From: an archaeon
Lineage (GTDB): Archaea; Iainarchaeota; Iainarchaeia; Iainarchaeales; JAAZKV01
NCBI GenBank assembly: GCA_036170245.1
Contig: JAVHOV010000026.1
Span: forward strand, 1-16,366
DNA: 16,366 bases
Direction: 5' to 3'
The notes beneath the pieces are model-generated. The model had not been told where the DNA came from. It made no database searches and saw only the letters and a program-made list of their open reading frames with translations. This document shows positions 9,817-16,317 of this stretch, piece after piece (positions within the stretch are counted from its first letter, which is position 1; the number at the start of each line of letters is the position of its first letter). The position numbers and the translations under genes were made by a program.

Positions 9817-10769
9817 TTATTTTTTGTAGTACTCTTTGTACCAGTTAACAAATTCAAGTACCCCTTCTTTAATGCTTTTTTTAGGATTGTATCCTAATAG
9901 TTTCTTTGCTTTTGAAATATCTGCGGACGTGATCAAAACATCCCCTTGTTGTAAAGGGAATAATTCTGTTTTTGCTTTTTTGCCTGAAGAGTTTTCAATT
10001 TCTTTAACAAATTCTACTAATTCTCTTGATTCTCCGCGAGCTAAATTAAATATTTCGCAAGGATAGGATTTATCCAAAGCTAACAAAATCCCATCAACTA
10101 TGTCCGAAACGAAAGTGAAATCTCTCTTCATTTTACCATTATTGAATAATTTAATTGTATTTCCTTCTATAACATCTTTTGTAAAGGAAAACATTGCCAT
10201 GTCTGGTCTACCATAGGGTCCACAAACTGTAAAGAATCTTAATCCAGTAACGTTTAATCCAAACAAATGGTGGTAAACAAAAGCCATTTCTTCGTTAGAT
10301 TTTTTTGTTGCAGCGTAAAGAGAAATTGGAGTATCTACTCTATCAGTTTCAGAAAAAGGGATTTTTGTATTTGCTCCATAAACAGAAGAAGAGGAGGCAT
10401 AAATCAAATCTTTTATTTTAAATTCTCTACAAGCTTCTAAAATATTCAAAAACCCCTTCAAGTTACTCTCTTCATAAATGAAAGGATTCTCTAAAGAATA
10501 ACGAACACCTGCTTGTGCAGCCAGATTAATTATTTTAGAAGGTTTTTCTTTAGAAATAATAGAAAACAATTCCTCTTTATTTGCAATATTTGCTTTAAAG
10601 AAAGTATATTTAGAATTCTTCAATAAAATCTCGTTTCTAGAATTTTTAAGAGAAACATCTAGTAACTATTCAAAGAATCAATTCCAATTACTTCGTCTCC
10701 TCGACTAAGCAAAGCTAAACAAGTGTGAAACCCGATGAATCCAGCTGAACCAGTTACTAGTATTTTCAT
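9817..10769 (-). pseudogene. UDP-glucuronate 4-epimerase-like SDR with a 1-nt frameshift
   Basis: ATG 10769 gives [15 protein letters not shown]...IGIDSLNSY then TAG (10659-10661). Restoring one base gives ...SYYDVSLKNSR... in frame with the 268-aa ORF (NLAAQAGVRYS, YAATKK, GRPDMA). Could be a sequencing error. Confidence 0.85.
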
Positions 10770-10893
10770 TATTAACCATTATTATTAGAATAGTTTTTTG
10801 TTTTAAACTTTTTGGTAAAATTTTTTTTACAAAAAAACTTTTTTATTTGTTATTTTAAGTTAAAAAAACAGTATTTTTGATTTCATAATAGAA

Positions 10894-10938
10894 AATCACT
10901 TGATGAATATAATTTTAAATCCACCAAATCAAGTGATT
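10894..10938. repeat. 11-bp perfect inverted repeat with 23-nt spacer
   Basis: AATCACTTGAT (10894-10904) and ATCAAGTGATT (10928-10938), directly downstream of the rmlA fragment stop. Confidence 0.75.
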
Positions 10939-10943
10939 CGAAT

Positions 10944-11189
10944 TCACCCCTTCAAGCTTTTCTCATAAACCAAATTGCTTGCTCGAATTAAGCTTTCAAA
11001 TGTTCCTGCATCTGTCCAATAGCCTGAAACAAACTTTGCATCTAGTTCGCCTTTTCTTAAGTAAGCGTTGTTTACATCTGTTATTTCTAGTTCTCCTCTT
11101 TTGCTTGGTTTTAGAGTTTTTATTATAGAGAATACTGAATTATCATAAACGTATAATCCTGTTACTGCATAATTGCTTTTTGGGTTTAA
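10944..11189 (-). pseudogene. rmlA: C-terminal fragment of glucose-1-phosphate thymidylyltransferase
   Basis: Manual translation (absent from the ORF track): [43 protein letters not shown]...[15 protein letters not shown]...KG*. There is an in-frame TAA at 11199-11201 and no N-terminal nucleotidyltransferase motif. Confidence 0.9.
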
Positions 11190-11281
11190 CCCAATTTTTT
11201 ACAATTAATTATTTTAGCATCGGCAAATTGGTAGAGAATAGTTTAAAAAGAAAAGAAAGGGAGTATTAATTGTGTTTTGTT

Positions 11282-12253
11282 ATGAATGAAAATTTATCAG
11301 TTCCAGAAGAACAATTAAACCAAGACCCTCCAAAATCTGAAAAAGTAGCATTTTTTCAAGATAAAAAAATAAGAAAAGTTTGGTATGAGGAAGAATGGTG
11401 GTTTTCAGTAGTTGATATTGTAGGGGCTTTAACAGAAAGCGAAAATCCAAGAGATTACTGGTATAAGGTAAAAACACGAGAACTTGAATCATCAGGAATT
11501 GAACTGTCGACATTTTGTCGACAGTTGAAATTAATAGCAGAAGACGGCAAATTAAGAGAAACTGACTGTACAAATACAGAAAGTACATTTAGAATTATCC
11601 AATCAATTCCTTCAAAGAAAGCAGAACCGTTCAAATTGTGGTTAGCAAAAGTAGGTAGAGAAAGAATTGACGAGACTTATGATCCTGAGTTAACAATTAA
11701 TCGAGCAATGCACGCTTATTTACAAAAAGGTTATTCAAAAGAGTGGATTAATCAAAGATTATATCAAAGGACATAAACAGTGGTAAAAATAATGTCCTTT
11801 GATAGCTATCAAAAGACATCAAATAACCAAGATTAATGTCTTTTGATATTAAAAACAATTGAAGTAAGAAAAGAACTTACTGATGAATGGAATCGAGCCG
11901 GAGTAGAAAAACAATCAGATTATGCAATCCTTACAAACGAACTAACAAAAGCATGGGCTGGGAAAACAGTAAAAGAATATAAAGAATTCAAGAACCTTAA
12001 AAAAGAAAGTCTAAGAGACAATATGTCTAATTTAGAATTAGTACTAAATATGTTAGCTGAAGCTACAACAACCGAAATATCTAAAAGTGAAAACCCAAAA
12101 ACTTTTGTTCATAGCAAAAAGATAGCTAAAGATGGAGGGCCAATTGCAGGCAAGACTAGGAAAAATATTGAAGATAAAATTGGTAAAAGTATCTTAAGAA
12201 AAGAAAACTACATACATTCAGCAGGAAAAAAACAAGAGATTGAAAAAATCTAA
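11282..12253 (+). pseudogene. Bro-N domain (phage antirepressor-like) DNA-binding protein interrupted by a 90-bp in-frame insertion
   Basis: IRKVWYEEEWWFSVVDIV...PRDYW...QSIPSKKAEPFKLWLA...GYSKEWINQRL|KTIEVRKELTDEW...SLRDNM. Both ORF halves share a frame; deleting 11762-11851 gives a continuous 293-aa protein. Confidence 0.88.
11762..11848. mobile_element. 87-bp twin-hairpin MITE-like insertion flanked by TTA direct repeats
   Basis: TATCAAAGGACAT-17nt-ATGTCCTTTGATA-GC-TATCAAAAGACAT-16nt-ATGTCTTTTGATA, with TTA at 11759-11761 and 11849-11851. Confidence 0.75.
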
Positions 12254-12495
12254 AAGAATATAACAAAAAGTATGCTAAGAGAGATTTGAAAATTTGTAAA
12301 GAAAGTTAACTAAACAATAAAAATTAGTCTAGGAATTAACTAAAAAGGATTTTAACCTTCAAAGCAAGAATCTTTTGGCATTAAGTTTTTTTAAAATGTT
12401 TTATTTGAGTTTTATTAATAAAATCTTTTTTGTTCAAAGAAAAAATATAGAATATTGGAATGATTCAAAGCTATGAGAAAGCAGTTAAAGAACTA

Positions 12496-13263
12496 CTAGT
12501 ATAAAGTATCTTTTTTCTTTTCTCTTTGGTATAAAATTGCTCCAACTACAATTAGAAGAACTATTCCAAACATTGCAACTATTGAAAATGGACTTGAAGC
12601 CATTCCAAAGAATCCTGTTAAACTTGTTTCAAGAGATTTATCAACAATCAGTTTGTTCAAATCAGTATTGATTTTTTGTAAAGATGTGTTCTTGTCAATA
12701 TCACTTTCTTGTAAAGTTGTTACATTAGAATTTATTTGTCTTAGAGTTTCAACTGTGATTTGATTATTTATTTTTAGTTTCTCAATTTCTAAAGCTTTTG
12801 CATTCAAATCAGTTTGTAAAGTTTTAATTAAATTTGATTGTGCTTGATTTGTACGCTCTAAAGAATCAATTTTGTCTTGCCAATTATAAAACTGTATTTC
12901 TAAATCAGCAGAATCAATTTTTTCTTCTCCTAAGTAAAGTTTAGCTTCAAGATTATAACTTCCTTCCTGCATTCCTGCAATTGAAAGAGTTAATTCACTG
13001 CTAGTTGCAGTATAATTCAAAACTTTATTTGATTTTAAAGAATCATCCACAAATGCTTTGCCATTATGCTCAAAAACAGTAATCAATAATTCATTATCCA
13101 AGTATACTTTAGCTTCGTGATTATTTGAAAGATCATAACTAACAGAAGTAGTCCAAAGAGTTTGAGCAGGAACACTAGTCATTGAATCAATGCTGATGTT
13201 TGAAGCATTAACCATTGATAGTAATACAATCAGGCACAAAACTAATTTTATGATAGTATTCAT
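12496..13263 (-). CDS. Secreted, C-terminally membrane-anchored surface protein with a coiled-coil stalk
   Basis: N-terminal signal peptide (...LLSMVNA|S), beta-rich region, heptad region (IDSLERTN...LEIEKLK), then LTGFF + TM + basic tail (QREKKK). Confidence 0.8.
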   Translation of the reverse strand: MNTIIKLVLCLIVLLSMVNASNISIDSMTSVPAQTLWTTSVSYDLSNNHEAKVYLDNELLITVFEHNGKAFVDDSLKSNKVLNYTATSSELTLSIAGMQEGSYNLEAKLYLGEEKIDSADLEIQFYNWQDKIDSLERTNQAQSNLIKTLQTDLNAKALEIEKLKINNQITVETLRQINSNVTTLQESDIDKNTSLQKINTDLNKLIVDKSLETSLTGFFGMASSPFSIVAMFGIVLLIVVGAILYQREKKKDTLY

Positions 13264-13344
13264 ACAACCAAAGTAAGGACCAGCTAAATTTAAAAACTTC
13301 CTCTTTAGAGAAAATTTTCGATTAAATTGCTTTTTTAGGGCAAT

Positions 13345-13457
13345 AATAAGTATTAGCAGTGATTAGTAAGCCCCTATCCTGTTTCGCCATGACGAGACGA
13401 AGTACGATTGCATTGTTATGCAATCCTACAATAAGTATTAGCAGTGATTAGTAAGCC
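13345..13457. repeat. Perfect 28-bp direct repeat duplicating the rnpB 3' end, with a 57-bp hairpin spacer
   Basis: AATAAGTATTAGCAGTGATTAGTAAGCC at 13345-13372 and 13430-13457. Confidence 0.95.
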
Positions 13458-13750
13458 ACTTTCTGTTTTCCATTATAGTCAGGAAAGCCTGACAAATGGA
13501 CGGTATTAACCTAAGCCTCCTTTCGGAGTTGCACCACAGCCCCCGTTGCATCCTGTTTACAAAGTGCGAAGCATGCTGTAAGGCACATTTCGCGAACCTT
13601 TGGAAAAGGTTCCGTTTCTGTTGAGCTGCCCAGCTTTTCAGCATGTTAAATAAAATTTTTCAATTTTATCTACAGGGATTATCCTTTCGGATAAGGTGAG
13701 CGGACTTTCCTCAGCTCTAATAAAAGAGCCGTTAACCGTTCAATCACTAC
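13441..13750 (-). ncRNA. rnpB: Archaeal RNase P RNA
   Basis: On the minus strand: P1 GTAGTGATT/AATCACTGC; CR-I GAGGAAAGTCCGCTCACC; CR-II CAACAGAAACG; CR-III GATGCAACGG; CR-IV GCTTAGGTTAATACCG; CR-V AACAGAAAGTGGCTTAC, which pairs as P4 with AAG(T)CCGCT. Several GAAA tetraloop hairpins. Confidence 0.95.
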
Positions 13751-13773
13751 TATATTATTTCCACGAGAAAGAG

Positions 13774-13781
13774 TATTTTAA
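13774..13781 (-). promoter_or_regulatory. Putative TATA box of rnpB
   Basis: TTAAAATA on the minus strand, 24-31 nt upstream of the P1 5' end. Confidence 0.5.
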
Positions 13782-13801
13782 CTTAACTAAATCAGAAAAT
13801 T

Positions 13802-14347
13802 TTATTCAGTTGGAATATTATGTCTTTGAAAAACTTCATTTCTTACTTGTGCTAAAATAGATTGAGAAAATTCTTTCTCTTGACTTTTTGCTTCTCTAAG
13901 TAATTGCCCCATATTAGTTGAGCTCTTAAAAATTGATAATAATTCTTCACGCATTTCTTTTAGCACAACTTTGGTTTTTTCTTCACCTATTTGCCCAGAG
14001 AGTTCTTCTTTTAATCCAGCCATTTCTTTTCCAAAGGCCATTGCTAATGCTTGGGCTTGAATTCTGGGGTACCCTTTTTTCATTAAATACTCAGCAGTTT
14101 TTCCAACCTCAGCTCTTTGTTCACGTTCATAATTCATTCGTGCACCGCGTTCTGAAGCAAATTCATCTTCTAAACCTTGTTCTTCTCGCATTGCAAGTAG
14201 GCGAGCTCTCTCGCTTTCATAACCCTTCATCATTCTTTGTCTTACTTCATCACTTGCTTTTTGCATTCCTCTAAGAGCAGGATTTTGCATTTTAAGTCGC
14301 TTAGCAGAAAGAGTATTTAATGCATTTTTCATAAATATATTACTCAA
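13802..14347 (-). CDS. Hypothetical all-helical charged protein
   Basis: 181-aa ORF rich in E/R/K/M/A/Q with no TM and no recognised motif. Start may be ATG 14332. Confidence 0.7.
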   Translation of the reverse strand: MSNIFMKNALNTLSAKRLKMQNPALRGMQKASDEVRQRMMKGYESERARLLAMREEQGLEDEFASERGARMNYEREQRAEVGKTAEYLMKKGYPRIQAQALAMAFGKEMAGLKEELSGQIGEEKTKVVLKEMREELLSIFKSSTNMGQLLREAKSQEKEFSQSILAQVRNEVFQRHNIPTE

Positions 14348-14411
14348 ACTGTAGTATATTAAAATAGTGTTTCAAAAAATTAAAGTTAATAATTAGAATT
14401 AGGGTTAGTGA

Positions 14412-14436
14412 TTGGTTTGAAGTTAATTCAAACCAA
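14412..14436. terminator. 10-bp perfect hairpin just downstream of the AlbA_2 gene (possible terminator or binding site)
   Basis: TTGGTTTGAA-gttaa-TTCAAACCAA, 11 nt after the stop at 14448. No U-tract on the minus strand. Confidence 0.4.
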
Positions 14437-14447
14437 AATTTTGTTTT

Positions 14448-14867
14448 TTATTCGCATTCGCATTCTTTTTCTTGTTGTTCTTGGATTGATTTAATGTTTG
14501 CGGGAGTAGTTTCTAGATTTTCATGATTTACTCGAATGTAAGTCTTTCCAAATGCTTTATAGGGTGCTTCTTCACCTGCAAATTCCAATTGAATACAAGA
14601 TTTGTCTCCAAAATAAGTTTCTCTTATGTGAGGAGTAATTCTTGGTTTTATTCCTCTTTTAATTGCATTGTTAATTGTTGTCATAGTTCGCTTAGTAATC
14701 TTTTGGCCAATTACTTTTCCCTTATTAGTTACTCCAAAACAAAGGCTTCCTTTCCTTGATTTATTCAGCATTGCAACAATTGCAATTACTGCATCTTTGA
14801 TTTCTTCCGTTGACTTCATTAACTCAAATTTCTCCGTTTTTTTCATTTTCATCCCAACCACAACCAA
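14448..14867 (-). CDS. Stand-alone AlbA_2 (Schlafen-like) nucleic-acid-binding domain protein
   Basis: E..KS..E...A...IVAMLN...G.L.FGV...GKVIG...I.P.I.P...PY.A.GK.Y.RV..EN pattern. Start is probably ATG 14852 or 14846. Confidence 0.8.
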   Translation of the reverse strand: MVVVGMKMKKTEKFELMKSTEEIKDAVIAIVAMLNKSRKGSLCFGVTNKGKVIGQKITKRTMTTINNAIKRGIKPRITPHIRETYFGDKSCIQLEFAGEEAPYKAFGKTYIRVNHENLETTPANIKSIQEQQEKECECE

Positions 14868-15148
14868 CCTTATTTATGAAAATAGGGGGTTTTAAACCTT
14901 ATACTAACCTTTCTGCCGAAGTAGAAGATATGGCTAAATTAAGGTTATTTTTAAAAAATAAGCATTTAGAAGGTTTTTTGACTCCCCCGATTAATAAAGG
15001 TCCGCCAATATTTTGCTACTAATAACCCTAAAACTTCCTTTATTTTTTGTTACTTTTAGAAGTCTTGTCCAACAAAACGAGTAAATATGCTTCGTCTATT
15101 GCCGAAACCCTATTTCTAGTTATTAAAGCTAAAATAAGCAAGTTAATC

Positions 15149-15562
15149 ATGAAAAAGTTTTATTTAGATACAAACATTTGGCTTGACTTTTTTGAAAATA
15201 GATCTGATGGATTAAGACCATTAGGCGAATTTGCTTTTCAATTTCTAAAAGATTGTTTGAATTTTAATTGCAAAATTTACTATTCAGATTTCACTTTGTT
15301 TGAATTAAGCAAAAAAATTTCAGATTCTGAGTTTCTTGAAGCACTAGATTTTATTAAAACTAACTTATTTTTTACAAAATCAACAAAACTGGACTGGTTA
15401 GAAGCTCAAAAATTAAGCAAAAGAACAACTCTTCATTCAGCAGATGCTTTTCACTTAGTTCTTGCTAAAAAAAATAAATGCGCCATAATAACAAGGGATA
15501 AACACTTTGATTCAATAGATTTCATAGAGGTTAAAAGACCTGAAGAAGTTATATTTATTTAA
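15149..15562 (+). CDS. vapC: PIN-domain ribonuclease (VapC-like toxin)
   Basis: MKKFYLDTNIW, TLFEL, SADAFH and ITRDKHF carry the conserved acidic tetrad. ATG 15149 has TTATTAAA about 22 nt upstream. Confidence 0.9.
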   Translation: MKKFYLDTNIWLDFFENRSDGLRPLGEFAFQFLKDCLNFNCKIYYSDFTLFELSKKISDSEFLEALDFIKTNLFFTKSTKLDWLEAQKLSKRTTLHSADAFHLVLAKKNKCAIITRDKHFDSIDFIEVKRPEEVIFI

Positions 15563-15828
15563 AGGGTTTTAACAAATTCACGAGCTAATTTATCTCTTTT
15601 TTCATCAAATTCTTTATCTGAAAGCAATGTTTTTCCTTTAAATGATCCAAAATACTTTTCTAAATTCTTAAAAGCCTCTTTTTTGTCCCTTTGCTCTTCC
15701 ATTTCAATAACTTTAGTTCTAATAGCTTCTCTTACAAAATCAGTTTTAGTAGAATAATTAAATTCCTTTAAAATAACTTCAATTTTCTTTGAAATATTAT
15801 CATCTAATCTAACAGTTAAAACATCCAT
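15559..15828 (-). CDS. Ribbon-helix-helix (CopG/VapB-like) regulator or antitoxin
   Basis: MDVLTVRLD...KIE..LKEFNYSTKTDFVREAIR forms the RHH beta-helix-helix, followed by a charged tail (LEKYFGSFKG). Confidence 0.88.
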   Translation of the reverse strand: MDVLTVRLDDNISKKIEVILKEFNYSTKTDFVREAIRTKVIEMEEQRDKKEAFKNLEKYFGSFKGKTLLSDKEFDEKRDKLAREFVKTL

Positions 15829-15829
15829 G

Positions 15830-15864
15830 AATACATTGTAATACAATGTATTTTTAAGGGTTTC
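15830..15864 (-). promoter_or_regulatory. BRE/TATA plus perfect palindromic operator of the RHH gene
   Basis: Minus strand GAAACC-CTTAAAAA adjoins the 11-bp-arm palindrome AATACATTGTA-A-TACAATGTATT (15830-15852), which ends 1 nt before ATG 15828. Confidence 0.75.
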
Positions 15865-16042
15865 TAAAATAAAAAGTAAGAATCGAAAACAAATTCGACC
15901 CCATAGAATTAGTATAAAATAAAAAGCTGTTTTTATTTTTCTGAAATATTTTTTAATAAACTAATTATTGATTAAAAAACAGCTAAAAAATGTAAAAAAA
16001 TCCAGATATGATTAAACTGAAAAATTAATTATTTTTTACAGA

Positions 16043-16285
16043 GTGACTTGGTAAAGCCACTGCTCGCAATAAAAGCAATGCTTTTATTGACGCCTCGCAA
16101 AATCAACTGATTTTGCTTGGTTGCAAGGCACCATAAACTAAAGTTTATGCGTGCCGCATGTAAAAGAATAAAAAATAGTGTCAAACAAACAAGAAATTGT
16201 TTGTTAAAGGCACATAGGATTTGTCAAATATATCATCATAGCAAACCGTAAGGTTTGCCATGCCTAGCAAATTTATTAAATTTGC
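16043..16285 (-). other. Hairpin-rich 3' trailer of the rRNA transcript
   Basis: Seven stem-loops: 16043-16060, 16067-16089, 16097-16116, 16127-16155, 16184-16205, 16237-16262 and 16267-16285. Confidence 0.65.
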
Positions 16286-16317
16286 AAGGATGCGAAACTT
16301 TATGTCTTTTTGTTTTT

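Noticed and set aside
10659..10661. TAG recoding (pyrrolysine or readthrough)
   Set aside because: Readthrough stays in the wrong frame and meets TGA 13 codons later; homology continues only in a shifted frame.
555..11588. Short antisense ORFs (555-743, 3982-4320, 5412-5705, 7636-7854, 8194-8409, 9416-9643, 9836-10066, 11280-11588)
   Set aside because: Shadows opposite well-supported genes, with no motifs.
11762..11848. CRISPR array or canonical BHB intron in the Bro-N gene
   Set aside because: Arms alternate in orientation with 16-17 nt loops, and I could not draw a 3-4-3 bulge-helix-bulge at the junctions. A relaxed motif is not excluded.
11270..12253. Two separate genes (168 aa and 136 aa)
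   Set aside because: They are in-frame halves of one Bro-N protein, and the TTG start at 11843 lies inside the inserted repeat.
13345..13457. Possible mini-CRISPR (28-bp repeat, two copies)
   Set aside because: The repeat is the rnpB 3' end, there are only two copies, the spacer is 57 bp and structured, and no cas genes are present.
13438..13644. 68-aa minus-strand ORF
   Set aside because: Lies essentially within the RNase P RNA gene and has no protein motif.
13933..15022. Plus-strand ORFs 13933-14274, 14523-14759, 14668-14895 and 14810-15022
   Set aside because: Antisense to, or overlapping, better-supported genes; no recognisable domains or start context.
15047..15148. N-terminal extension of the PIN ORF
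   Set aside because: The PIN fold begins at MKKFYLDTN (ATG 15149), with a TATA-like box inside the supposed extension.
16043..16310. 5S rRNA or tRNA in the 23S trailer
   Set aside because: No 5S conserved motifs and no tRNA cloverleaf or T-loop on either strand.
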